Of a DNA stretch of 64,000 bases, positions 37,801 through 47,002 are shown piece after piece; positions within the stretch are counted from its first letter, which is position 1, and each line of letters opens with the position of its first letter. The translations under genes were made by a program, and so were the position numbers. The notes under the pieces are model-generated. The model was given only the letters and a program-made list of their open reading frames with translations, searched no databases and had not been told where the DNA came from. Source of the DNA: an uncultured Lachnospiraceae bacterium (GTDB lineage: Bacteria; Bacillota; Clostridia; Lachnospirales; Lachnospiraceae); assembly GCA_902778165.1 (NCBI GenBank), contig CACYWQ010000009.1, positions 13,781 to 77,780 on the forward strand, in the 5' to 3' direction.

Positions 37801-37881
37801 CAGAAGATAGTTATCTATAAGAAGGGCTTACCGCCCGCACACAGTTATCTGGGTCCTGCAGAGACCTACAGAGTGGAATGA
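34846..37881 (+). CDS. glycoside hydrolase family 115 (xylan alpha-glucuronidase-type)
   Basis: IIGSDKRGTIYGMLHLSELLGVSPFTDWLD, YRGFFINDEWPAFGNW and GMSHHEPC. About 1000 aa. No signal peptide. Confidence 0.82.
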   Translation: MEFVLSKEIIKENLLAIITEQAGHEGVKCVSDWLVRDIGNVFGAKPDTGEIVADELLSDSASEVEARSKMVDAALIDVLPIICASADKGYLAQSLADRGVIDLNDIKGKRESYIFKVVRLSDPCSDKDSGKTIPALVIIGSDKRGTIYGMLHLSELLGVSPFTDWLDIKPKPLDSLVISDKDNLISKEPSVVYRGFFINDEWPAFGNWCNKRFGGFNAECYAHIFEMLLRLKGNYMWPAMWSSVFPEDGPGLASAELADKLGVVMGMSHHEPCLRQGEEYKHLRGPKSIYGDAWDFRKNKEGITRFWEDGLKRGGHLENVITVGMRGEFDSTVLGKEATLGDNIELIRDVLKTQNELIRKYVNEDLSKVPRMLALYKEVEAFYYGDEDYKGLQGEPELDGVTLMLCDDNFGNLRTVPPADERDHNGGWGMYYHMDYHGWPISHEWVNTSYLPKIWEQMTAAYEFGIRQLWIVNVGDIFTNEYPLSFFLDLAYDYEKWGATNLEAPFIYTRDFIRTQLGELNDSYADEIYRLMLGYSRIASNRRPEAMNVGVYDPVWFDETKNLLDKCDKYMDLAERIYDDTKSYPFYELVYYPLMANLNVQKLWLCTGLNHMYAGIGAVDKAAEYAEKADDCMCFDLSLTDGLHTIHDGMWYGMGMSEHIGFNYWNEEECSFPVLHRGYRPNKARIITVIPGTDRHTEGGFWTKSNLVLDSFLRPDTNVGKITLLSIGAATADYKISTDTNVINLSRSRGHLEPGESIDIEVSLNRYNVPHDTDCVTYEITVRSESGDCLIRVPVNTKDYDSYDKNTYVWCGLDKEGMDSPYYKVITSEKCLPLNYISIEASHYKNAGSDREGEFKTLREYGKTLSGMKAFPLTASFTPGMDAPYLEYGIYMEDDGDYTTDVYITPANPVYKNNMLRFGIQVINDNETSDIELINTVSEAYAVGDDNDEWKQGVLDNIRIVSCTGRYASGINTLRIYACDPGFVLQKIVIYKKGLPPAHSYLGPAETYRVE

Positions 37882-39674
37882 TAAGGGAAAGATTAATGAG
37901 ACTGTCAAGATTGATAAGTGACGGTATGGTCATTCATAAGGATAAGCCTTTTAAGATATGGGGCCGTGCTTTGCCGGGGCTTAGGATAGAGGCGTGCCTT
38001 TATAAGGGCTTGGAATGTGTTGCCAAAGGTCAGAGCGTATGCAGTGAAGAAGCTGATTCGCCTTTCGGTGCCGTAAGGGAGAGTGTTCCGGGCGGCAGGT
38101 TCGAACTCTTCATAACTCCTCCGCCTGCGGGTGAAGGATATGAACTTAAGGTCACAGGCTATAAAGATAATGACCTTATTGACGAGGTGACTGTTAAGGA
38201 TGTGGCCGTAGGACTTGTATATATAATGTGCGGTCAGTCAAATGCGGGATTCCCGATGTGCAGGGTAAAAGATACTTATCCCGAAGAGTGGTATAATCCG
38301 AATAATGATTATTTAAGGACATTTAAGATTGAAGAGCATTATGAATTCAAGGCTCCTATTAGCGATGTGCTTACCGGAGAGTGGAAGGCGGTGACGTCGG
38401 AGACAATTGATCCCTGGTGTGCCGTAGGTTATTTCGCTGCCAAGAGTATATGGCAGAAGACAGGCCTGCACGTCGGAATAATAGATGCGACTCAGGGCGG
38501 ATCGCCGATTGAATCCTGGATGGACAGACAATGGCTTAAGGATTATCCGGACAGGCTTGTTGTTGCGGATAAGTATAGAGATGATGAGTTTGTGGCAGAG
38601 GTTGAGAATAAGAATAATACCGAAGGCATCAAATGGCGTGAGGCACTTAGCTCTGTCGATAAGGGCGTTAAGGGACACTGGGAGCAGACGGATGCTGACG
38701 GAGGTGAAGACAGACTGACGGAAGCCGGATGGAAGCCCGTTAAACTTCCCGCTTTCTTATGGGAGACAGAGATTGGTCATACCACAGGCAGCATATGGTT
38801 TAAGAAGAAATTTGAAGTCAAATACAGCGAACTTATAAATGTGGACTCTCACTTATGGCTGGGAACCATGACGGATGCCGACATTACCTATGTTAACGGC
38901 AGGGAGGTTGGCAGGACCGAATACAGTTATCCTCCAAGAAGATATGTGATTCCCGCAGGTACTCTGCATGAAGGCATTAACGAAGTGACGGTTCGCTTAA
39001 GTATAGAGCGCGGTATGGGACGTATAACACCCCATAAGTTGCTCGCGATTTTCTCTGGAGATACTGTCAGATATATAGATGATAATGATGATGAGCATGT
39101 TAGATGGAGAGATGAGGCTGCGACGGGCGCAGCAGAATTATCCTCGCATCCGTTCATAGATTTAAGCGGAACATGGTATTACAGAGTCGGTGCGACCTGT
39201 GAGGAGATACCGCCGTATGAATTCTTATGCTGGAAGCCGACGGCTTTATATAACGGAGTACTGGCGCCGTGTCTTAATTATCCGATAGGTGCATTTATGT
39301 GGTATCAGGGCGAGAGCAATACCGATGAGAGTCGCAAGCAATATTATGATCTGACCATGGCCCAGGCGCGTGGAATAAGGGAGGCTTGCGGTGATAAGAA
39401 GCTTCCGTATGTCTATGCAAGACTGCCCCGATTTGATCTTAATTGCTATGAGGGCAGTTATGAAGAACCGCCTGCAGGTATGACAGAGGCCGAATATTAT
39501 GATATGCGAAGACTCGGATGGTCGGATATGCAGGATGTCCAGATGAAGCTTGCAAGCGAACCTTATATGTATATGGCAGACTCTACAGGACTCGGCGAAG
39601 GTTATGATCTTCATCCCCAGGATAAGAAGCCCCTTGGCGAAGCTTATACCGACATATTGCTTAAACTGATATAG
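37878..39674 (+). CDS. sialate O-acetylesterase (SASA/DUF303) family carbohydrate esterase
   Basis: CGQSNAGFP and WYQGESN motifs. The start overlaps the GH115 stop (ATGA); an alternative ATG is at 37896. No signal peptide. Confidence 0.8.
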   Translation: MIRERLMRLSRLISDGMVIHKDKPFKIWGRALPGLRIEACLYKGLECVAKGQSVCSEEADSPFGAVRESVPGGRFELFITPPPAGEGYELKVTGYKDNDLIDEVTVKDVAVGLVYIMCGQSNAGFPMCRVKDTYPEEWYNPNNDYLRTFKIEEHYEFKAPISDVLTGEWKAVTSETIDPWCAVGYFAAKSIWQKTGLHVGIIDATQGGSPIESWMDRQWLKDYPDRLVVADKYRDDEFVAEVENKNNTEGIKWREALSSVDKGVKGHWEQTDADGGEDRLTEAGWKPVKLPAFLWETEIGHTTGSIWFKKKFEVKYSELINVDSHLWLGTMTDADITYVNGREVGRTEYSYPPRRYVIPAGTLHEGINEVTVRLSIERGMGRITPHKLLAIFSGDTVRYIDDNDDEHVRWRDEAATGAAELSSHPFIDLSGTWYYRVGATCEEIPPYEFLCWKPTALYNGVLAPCLNYPIGAFMWYQGESNTDESRKQYYDLTMAQARGIREACGDKKLPYVYARLPRFDLNCYEGSYEEPPAGMTEAEYYDMRRLGWSDMQDVQMKLASEPYMYMADSTGLGEGYDLHPQDKKPLGEAYTDILLKLI

Positions 39675-39714
39675 AGGGATATGAACTTATAAAATCATGC
39701 AGATATACATATTC

Positions 39715-39810
39715 TGCAACATATATTAACAAAATTTGCCCCGAAATGTTAATCACGGTTGGTAGACCGGTAGCATTTCGGGGTGTATCATTGTGTTAAA
39801 TTCAGTTGCA
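39715..39810. repeat. 96-bp imperfect palindromic intergenic element with a perfect 10-bp core stem
   Basis: Core CCCCGAAATG (39739-39748) / CATTTCGGGG (39774-39783). Outer arms TGCAAC..TTAACA / TGTTAA..GTTGCA. Confidence 0.5.
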
Positions 39811-39833
39811 AAAGTAGGAATAATTGAATTAAT

Positions 39834-40970
39834 ATGAAAGGTGTGAAGAATATGAAAACAGGCAGAAAACTGTATTTAGACAACATCAAATGGATCACCG
39901 TAGTAATAGTTGCTATATACCATGTGTTCTATATGTACAACGCGGAAGGTATAGCAGGAGTCGTTGGTAAAATAACGAATCTGGACGTTCAGTATTATGA
40001 TATCTTCCAGTATTTCGTATATCCGTGGTTTATGTTCTTACTTGTTACGATATCGGGAATGAACTCAAGATTCTATCTGCAGAATCATACGGATAAGGAA
40101 TTCATAAGAAGCAGGACAAGGAAGTTATTGGTTCCTTCAACAATCGGACTGTTCGTATTCCAGTGGATTCAGGGTTATTACAATACAAGATCAAGCGATG
40201 CGGTCAACATGATGAAGACAGTACCTGTATTCGTTGCATTCCTTATTATGGTGGCAAGCGGAATCGGCGTGCTGTGGTACATACAGCTTCTGTGGGTATT
40301 ATCAATTATATTGGTTCCGATACGTAAGATTGAGAAAGACAGATTGTGGAATCTTGGTGCCAAGACAGGAGTAGTAGCGCTCTTAATCATGACGGCGGTT
40401 GTGTTCGGTGCGGCTCAGATACTTAATACTCCGATCATATGTGTATACAGATTCGGATATTACGGCGCAGGCTTCTTTATCGGGTATTTCGTATTCTCTC
40501 ATGATGAGGTCATAGAGCGTTTAAAGAAATGGTTTGTACCGTTGCTTATTATAGCAATTGGACTCGGCGTAGCGTTCTGCATCCTGTATTTCCCTGAGAA
40601 TTATGCCGATGCGCCTGTTAACAGATACATATTATTCACATCTTACGGATGGTTTGCAACTCTTGCATTCTTATCGGGCGGTGCGAAGTATCTTGATTAT
40701 ACGAATCCTTTCTTAAGTTGGATGAGCAGTCACAGTTGGGGATTATATGTATTCCATTATCTCGGAATATCATTAATAGCTCATTATATTGCAAGGAATG
40801 CATTGCTCCCGGCATGGATTACATATATCTTAACTTTAGTATCTGCGTTTGTTACGGCTTATGCGCTATATGCAATCATATCAAGAATCCCGTTTTTCAG
40901 ATGGGCGGTTCTTGGAATAAAGAGCGAGAAGAAGATTAAGGATAAAGATAAGGAGATCGCGGTTGTTTAA
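39834..40970 (+). CDS. acyltransferase 3 family membrane protein
   Basis: RKLYLDNIKWITVVIVAIYHVF N-terminal signature and about 10 TM helices. The start could be 39834 or 39852. Confidence 0.8.
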   Translation: MKGVKNMKTGRKLYLDNIKWITVVIVAIYHVFYMYNAEGIAGVVGKITNLDVQYYDIFQYFVYPWFMFLLVTISGMNSRFYLQNHTDKEFIRSRTRKLLVPSTIGLFVFQWIQGYYNTRSSDAVNMMKTVPVFVAFLIMVASGIGVLWYIQLLWVLSIILVPIRKIEKDRLWNLGAKTGVVALLIMTAVVFGAAQILNTPIICVYRFGYYGAGFFIGYFVFSHDEVIERLKKWFVPLLIIAIGLGVAFCILYFPENYADAPVNRYILFTSYGWFATLAFLSGGAKYLDYTNPFLSWMSSHSWGLYVFHYLGISLIAHYIARNALLPAWITYILTLVSAFVTAYALYAIISRIPFFRWAVLGIKSEKKIKDKDKEIAVV

Positions 40971-41382
40971 AGATAATCTTATACAGTTAAGAAAGATTTA
41001 TAACATGAGTCAGGAAGAACTGGCCGACAAACTCGGCGTTACGAGACAGACCGTCAGCAAATACGAGACCGGTGAGTCGCTTCCCGATATAGAGAAATGC
41101 GCAGCTATAGCAGCAGTATTCGGAGTGACAATTGACGATCTTATCAATTATTCCAAAGAAGAGAACATGGGACTTGATGTTCCGCCCAAAGGCAAGCACA
41201 TATTCGGTATAGTCAAGGTGGGAGATAAGGGACAGATTGTTATTCCTGCCAAGGCCAGGAAGATATTTGAGATAGAACCCGGTGATAATCTGGTGTTGCT
41301 TGGAGATGAAGGACAGGGTCTGGCTATCATCAAGGAGAAGGGCATATTGGATCTGCTTAATACAATCAGAAAGACCAAATAA
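40963..41382 (+). CDS. XRE-family HTH fused to an AbrB/SpoVT-type domain
   Basis: HTH: MSQEELADKLGVTRQTVSKYETGESLP. AbrB-like: VKVGDKGQIVIPAKARKIFEIEPGDNLVLL. The TTG start at 40963 overlaps the previous gene by 8 nt; an alternative ATG is at 41005. Confidence 0.75.
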   Translation: MFKDNLIQLRKIYNMSQEELADKLGVTRQTVSKYETGESLPDIEKCAAIAAVFGVTIDDLINYSKEENMGLDVPPKGKHIFGIVKVGDKGQIVIPAKARKIFEIEPGDNLVLLGDEGQGLAIIKEKGILDLLNTIRKTK

Positions 41383-41395
41383 GAAGTATGGGGAT

Positions 41396-42907
41396 TTAAT
41401 CCGTGAGATCTTTGATTACCTGTGCTATGCAAGATACGGTGTCGCCGGCGATCATGCTGACGGCGCCGTTTTGTTCCTGCGCGGCTTCTCCGGCTCTGCC
41501 GTTAATATGCGCACCGGTACAGACGGCAAGCGTAAGGTCGTCGATATATGAGCATGTGGCAGAGAGTATGCCCGAGAGCACATCACCACTTCCGGCGGTA
41601 GCCATTCCGGGACAACCTGCGTCGGTTATATATGTATGAGTTCCGTCGGTAATGATCGTTGACGGCCCTTTAAGTAAAAGGACAGTATCTGCGCTTCGCC
41701 CCGTTGATATTTCCTTAATATAATTAATCGCAGAATCAATGGGCGCATTTAGTATCTCATCTTTGCTTAAGCCTGTAAGCCTTAAGAATTCTTTGATATG
41801 CGGCGTAAGTACGATACCGCATTTGGCGTCTTCAATTATTGACCTGTCAAGAGAAGATAAGATTGTAAGTCCGTCCGCATCTATGATAAGTCTTCCCGTA
41901 TATGTCTTAAGTAAAAACTTAAGCATCTTAGTCGTATCATCACTTACGCCTATACCCATTCCGAAGGCGACCGTCTTAACATTCTTAGTAAGATTCCTAA
42001 GTTCATCTTCGTTGTATACAAATTCTCCGTCGTTATCAGACATCGGGAATATTGTGCTTTCCAATATATGCGGAATAACATCATGCATAAGAGATTTCGG
42101 AAGACCGATCTTAACAACGCCCGCACCGCTTCTCATTGCAGCCGATGCCATGGATGCAAGTCTTATTGCACCGCTGAAACGCACCGATCCTCCGATAAGT
42201 GCGGTATAACCGTAGGTTCCTTTGTTGGACAGATTGTTCCTAACAGGGATAGAGGCACGTACATCCTCATCAGTTATAAGTCCGTAGAGTCCGTTATCTG
42301 TAGCCGGAGTGATGCCGATATCCACATTGACCTTGGACCTAATTACATCCTTGGCCATATTAAGGAAATGTCCGGGTTTATAAGAACCTATCGATACTGT
42401 CATGTCGGATATGACACAAGTGTCAGCCATACCATTATCCCCGTTAAGACCGCTGTTGATATCGGCTGATACGACATAAGCACCGCTTTCGTTGATACGG
42501 TGTATGACCGTGGCAATATCGTCACGGACCGCACCTTTAAATCCGGTTCCCAATATACAGTCAACGACTGTTGAATACTTACTAAGGTTAGTATCGTCAT
42601 TCCACATCCGTATATCTATGTCTTTATTGACGCATTCATTCAGATAGAACAGTCCGTCCTCTGAAGTGCGGTCGTTAATACGAATGACAGTCACTCTGTT
42701 CCCTGATTTTTGCAATAAAAGGGCAAGGGCGTAGCCGTCACCGGCATTGTTGCCGCTGCCGCATACTATGGCGACCGGATTCTGCCACTTAACTGCGTTG
42801 AATATACCCTCGGCAGCCCTCATCATAAGTTCTGTTCCGGGGGTTCCGGAATCAATTGTGTGCGCATCGCTTAAGCGCATATTCTCAACCGATAAAACTT
42901 CTTTCAT
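41396..42907 (-). CDS. nnr: bifunctional NAD(P)H-hydrate repair enzyme (epimerase/dehydratase)
   Basis: YjeF_N GSGNNAGDGYALA and a C-terminal kinase-fold ATAGSGDVLSG. Confidence 0.9.
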   Translation of the reverse strand: MKEVLSVENMRLSDAHTIDSGTPGTELMMRAAEGIFNAVKWQNPVAIVCGSGNNAGDGYALALLLQKSGNRVTVIRINDRTSEDGLFYLNECVNKDIDIRMWNDDTNLSKYSTVVDCILGTGFKGAVRDDIATVIHRINESGAYVVSADINSGLNGDNGMADTCVISDMTVSIGSYKPGHFLNMAKDVIRSKVNVDIGITPATDNGLYGLITDEDVRASIPVRNNLSNKGTYGYTALIGGSVRFSGAIRLASMASAAMRSGAGVVKIGLPKSLMHDVIPHILESTIFPMSDNDGEFVYNEDELRNLTKNVKTVAFGMGIGVSDDTTKMLKFLLKTYTGRLIIDADGLTILSSLDRSIIEDAKCGIVLTPHIKEFLRLTGLSKDEILNAPIDSAINYIKEISTGRSADTVLLLKGPSTIITDGTHTYITDAGCPGMATAGSGDVLSGILSATCSYIDDLTLAVCTGAHINGRAGEAAQEQNGAVSMIAGDTVSCIAQVIKDLTD

Positions 42908-43042
42908 GCTTATAATCCTTACCTGATAATTCTATATCGGATTATACTGCCACGCCCATGGACAGAGCAATACTTTGGTTGCAACTGTTACGGTAATTAT
43001 CTATAATATAAGAATACTGACATTACACATAAATGCGGTATT

Positions 43043-45886
43043 ATGAGGGTTAATGTGATGCGAGATAAATTACAGGCAGTAATCAAATTATCGTTCTATT
43101 TATTTATAGGACTTGCTGCGGCATTCTATATTATAGTCTGTCGAATGGATAGGGTCGGTGTGACCAATATTCCCGATCCGAAATATATAGAGAACTGGAC
43201 CGTTATAGATTCTGACGGTAACAGGACGGATGTGGGGCGGACATATGTGGATGACAGAGCGTTTACTGAGGACTTCACTATTGTGGGCAGATTGCCTGAG
43301 GGAATCAATGACAACAGTGTTCTGTGTTTCCCCACAAGAAGTAATACATTGGTATATATAGACGGACAGCTTCGCAAGTCCTTTGACCGTTCCAGGGATG
43401 TGTATGTACCCGGCGGATCGGTCAAATCTTTCTACATGATCGTGCCTCTTAAGGCGGCTGATTCCGGTGCTGAGATCAGAATGTTCAGAGGAAGAACGGA
43501 CAGGCATCCTGAGATTGTTCCGCTTACGTTCGTTGCGCCTCTAAGCGGTGTATATTCATTCCTTTTAAGTGAATACGGACTGGCTTTCATGTTAGGATTC
43601 ATGATCATGGTCTTATCTGCGATCGTTGCGCTTGCCGGTGCATCAATGCGAATCATATTTAAACGTCACATAGATATGTTGTATGCGGCGCTTGGTATAT
43701 TTATCACATCGGGATGGATAGTAAGTAATTCATATATTTATCCGTTTTTAATGGGACACTACCATATAGACGGAACCATGAACTATTTTTGTTCACTGCT
43801 TATGCCGATGGGATTCCTGTTCTACCTGGATTCGTTGCAGAAGCGAAGATATACGGTATGTATGACGACTCTGATGGTGATCAATACCATCAATGACATC
43901 GTATGGGCCGTCCTGCATTTTGCGCATATATTGCCATTCCCCAAAACGTTGGTTTATATGGACCTTGAACTGGTCGCGATTATGTTGGCTGTGTTCATCA
44001 CCATATTTATTGACATAAAGAAGGGATATTTCAGAGAATACAAATATACGGCCATTGGATTTATCGGATTCGTTATCATGGGCTGTTGTGAGGTTGTGGT
44101 ACTTCTTCTTATAGAGACCAAGAATGATGATGTTCCGCTTATAACAGGACTTGCATTCCTTCTTTTAAGCGTCGTTATCCAGCAGGTACACGACCTGCGC
44201 CGGGTCAATGAAGAGAAGCAGAGAGCCATGGCGCTGTCGGATGCCAAGACAAGATTCTTAGCCGGCATGTCTCATGAGATTAGAACTCCCATTAATTCGA
44301 TTCTCGGAATGAATGAAATGATTCTTCGTGAGAATAATGATAAGACAATTGATGAGTATGCAAGGAGCGTCAGAAGTTCCGGAAAGATGCTGCTTACGCT
44401 TGTCAATGACGTGCTTGATTTCTCCAAGATCGAAGCCGGCAAGCTGGAGATTACTACGTCGGATTACAGTTTGACCAGACTGCTTAAAGAGATCATGCCG
44501 CTTGTCACCGAGAGGATATCGGCCAAGGAACTTGATTATGAGACGATCATAGAAGATGATGTTCCGGATGGGCAGAACGGCGATGAATTCAGGATTAAGC
44601 AGATACTTATCAACCTTTTAAGCAATGCCATTAAATACACCGATAAAGGAAGTGTTAAGCTTACCGTCGGCGGTGAATATGCATCCGAAGATTCTTATAT
44701 CCTTAGATTCGCGGTTAAGGATACGGGCAGAGGAATTAAGGAAGAAGACAGAGTCGGACTCTTTGATGCATTTGCAAGAGTCGATATGAATAAGAACCGC
44801 AATATTGAAGGAACGGGGCTCGGTCTGTCCATCGTTAAGAATATTATCGAGGCTATGGGCGGCAGTATAGATCTTGTAAGTGAGTACGGTATAGGTTCGG
44901 AATTCATAGTCAAGGTTCCTGTAACCGTGACGGATACAAGGCCTGTTGCCAAGGATTTAAGCGGTGCCGAAATAGAACGGGAAGATGTGCCTGCATGCGA
45001 TTACCTGGCACCGGATGCCAAGGTGTTGGTTGTGGATGATAATAAGGCTAATCTAACGATTGCCAAGTTGTTCCTTGGGTTTGCCAATATCAAACCCGAT
45101 CTTGCATCAAGCGGCAAGGAGGCTATTGAGAAATGCAAATCAACTAAGTACGATCTGTTATTGTTAGATCATATGATGCCTTCACCGGACGGTATAGAGA
45201 CGCTTAAATTCATTAGGGAAGATGCTTCTTCACCCAATAATGCAACGTCTGCTGTTATCCTGACAGCCAATGCGATAGCGGGAAGCAGAGATATTTATCT
45301 GAATGCGGGATTTGCGGATTATCTGACTAAGCCGATTGATTCAGTGCTTCTGCTTCAGACCATCAAACGATTTATTCCGGATGATAAGATCCATGACGGC
45401 AAGACTGCAGATAAGGTAACGACTGCGGATGAAGTTAAGGCGCAGGCTGTAAGCGAGGTTGCAGCAACAACAGATAATAATCAGGACGATGAACCCGAAG
45501 GTAATCTGATTAACAGCGGTAGTGTTAATACTGATTCCGAACTTATGCGTAAGTTAACATCCATAGAGGGATTGGATGTTAAGACTGCGCTAAGATATGC
45601 GGGTAATAATGAGAAGTTGTTACAGGGAATAGTTGATGCCATAGCAGGCGAAGGAGAAGCCAAAGCCACTAAGATGCGTGAAGCTCTGGCTGCGTTTGAC
45701 TATGCCGCATACAGGACGGAAGCACATTCCGTTAAAGGTAATATGGCGACGTTGGGCGTTGAATCCTTAAGAGAGAGAGCCAAGAAGCATGAATATGCCG
45801 CAAGGGACGGAGAAGTGGTATTCATAGCGGATGACTCAGAGGATTTCATAAGAGAATACGAAGAACTGTGTAGGAAACTTAAATAG
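43043..45886 (+). CDS. hybrid sensor histidine kinase/response regulator with Hpt domain
   Basis: N-terminal extracytoplasmic domain plus about 7 TM helices. H-box SHEIRTPIN, NLLSNAIKYT, DTGRGI, GTGLGLSIV. REC: VLVVDD..DLLLLDHMMP. Hpt: HSVKGN. Confidence 0.9.
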   Translation: MRVNVMRDKLQAVIKLSFYLFIGLAAAFYIIVCRMDRVGVTNIPDPKYIENWTVIDSDGNRTDVGRTYVDDRAFTEDFTIVGRLPEGINDNSVLCFPTRSNTLVYIDGQLRKSFDRSRDVYVPGGSVKSFYMIVPLKAADSGAEIRMFRGRTDRHPEIVPLTFVAPLSGVYSFLLSEYGLAFMLGFMIMVLSAIVALAGASMRIIFKRHIDMLYAALGIFITSGWIVSNSYIYPFLMGHYHIDGTMNYFCSLLMPMGFLFYLDSLQKRRYTVCMTTLMVINTINDIVWAVLHFAHILPFPKTLVYMDLELVAIMLAVFITIFIDIKKGYFREYKYTAIGFIGFVIMGCCEVVVLLLIETKNDDVPLITGLAFLLLSVVIQQVHDLRRVNEEKQRAMALSDAKTRFLAGMSHEIRTPINSILGMNEMILRENNDKTIDEYARSVRSSGKMLLTLVNDVLDFSKIEAGKLEITTSDYSLTRLLKEIMPLVTERISAKELDYETIIEDDVPDGQNGDEFRIKQILINLLSNAIKYTDKGSVKLTVGGEYASEDSYILRFAVKDTGRGIKEEDRVGLFDAFARVDMNKNRNIEGTGLGLSIVKNIIEAMGGSIDLVSEYGIGSEFIVKVPVTVTDTRPVAKDLSGAEIEREDVPACDYLAPDAKVLVVDDNKANLTIAKLFLGFANIKPDLASSGKEAIEKCKSTKYDLLLLDHMMPSPDGIETLKFIREDASSPNNATSAVILTANAIAGSRDIYLNAGFADYLTKPIDSVLLLQTIKRFIPDDKIHDGKTADKVTTADEVKAQAVSEVAATTDNNQDDEPEGNLINSGSVNTDSELMRKLTSIEGLDVKTALRYAGNNEKLLQGIVDAIAGEGEAKATKMREALAAFDYAAYRTEAHSVKGNMATLGVESLRERAKKHEYAARDGEVVFIADDSEDFIREYEELCRKLK

Positions 45887-45890
45887 GAAT

Positions 45891-46988
45891 ATGGACAAGG
45901 ATAATAATAACATCTTAAATATTGAAACCGTTGATCTGGATCTTAAGACCGATGAACTAGTGATCATAGATCAGACCCTTCTGCCTAATAAGACAGAGAT
46001 AATAAGGCTTAGCAAGGCCGAAGATATATGGGAGGCAATCAATCTTCTTAAAGTCCGCGGCGCACCGGCAATAGGTGTGGCAGCAGCCATAGGTATATAT
46101 GTGCTGTCCGTAAGGATAGAAGTTGATAAGAATGCATCCGATGAATACGAAGTGTTCTATAAGGAATTTGCAAGACTGCGCGATTACCTTGATTCGGCAA
46201 GACCTACGGCTGTCAATCTTCACTGGGCACTCAACCGTATGGATAAGCTTGTTAAGTCCATGGAAGGAGAACCGGTAGCTAAGGTACTTGATGCCATGAG
46301 GCAGGAAGCATTGGATATCAAAGCCGAGGACATATGGGTATGTAAGCAGATTGGTGAGAACGGTCTTACGCTTATTAAACCCGGATACGGAATCTTAACC
46401 CACTGTAACGCGGGCAAACTTGCGGTATGCAAATACGGTACGGCAACGGCTCCCATATACTTGGGACATGAGAGAGGATATAATCTTAAAGTATTTGCGG
46501 ATGAGACCAGGCCCCTTCTGCAGGGAGCAAGACTTACCGCATATGAACTTATGAGTGCAGGCATAGATGTCACCTTAATATGTGACAATATGTCCGGACT
46601 TGTGATGCGCAACGGCTGGGTAGATGCAATATTCGTAGGCTGTGACAGAGTGGCAAGAAACGGCGATGTGGCCAATAAGATAGGCACCAGCATGGTGGCG
46701 ACTCTTGCCAAGAGATATAACGTGCCGTTCTATGTATGTGCACCCACATCAACGATAGATATGGATACGGCCTGTGGCGATGATATCAAGATAGAACAGC
46801 GTCCGGCCGCAGAGGTGACGGATATGTGGTATAATGAGCCAATGGCACCTAAGGGAGTGGGAGTATATAATCCGGCGTTTGACATTACCGACAATGATTT
46901 GATCACGGCGATAGTCACCGAGTACGGTATAGCCAGGGCGCCGTATACGGAATCACTTAAGGCGATAATGGATTTAAGCCGCAAGTGA
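45891..46988 (+). CDS. mtnA: S-methyl-5-thioribose-1-phosphate isomerase
   Basis: eIF-2B-related motifs VRGAPAIGVAAA and VGCDRVARNGDVANKIGT. Confidence 0.88.
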   Translation: MDKDNNNILNIETVDLDLKTDELVIIDQTLLPNKTEIIRLSKAEDIWEAINLLKVRGAPAIGVAAAIGIYVLSVRIEVDKNASDEYEVFYKEFARLRDYLDSARPTAVNLHWALNRMDKLVKSMEGEPVAKVLDAMRQEALDIKAEDIWVCKQIGENGLTLIKPGYGILTHCNAGKLAVCKYGTATAPIYLGHERGYNLKVFADETRPLLQGARLTAYELMSAGIDVTLICDNMSGLVMRNGWVDAIFVGCDRVARNGDVANKIGTSMVATLAKRYNVPFYVCAPTSTIDMDTACGDDIKIEQRPAAEVTDMWYNEPMAPKGVGVYNPAFDITDNDLITAIVTEYGIARAPYTESLKAIMDLSRK

Positions 46989-47002
46989 TAAGAAGAGGAA
47001 GT

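Noticed and set aside
41403-42469. Several + strand ORFs (78-156 aa).
   Set aside because: They are antisense to nnr, whose YjeF_N and kinase-fold motifs are clear.
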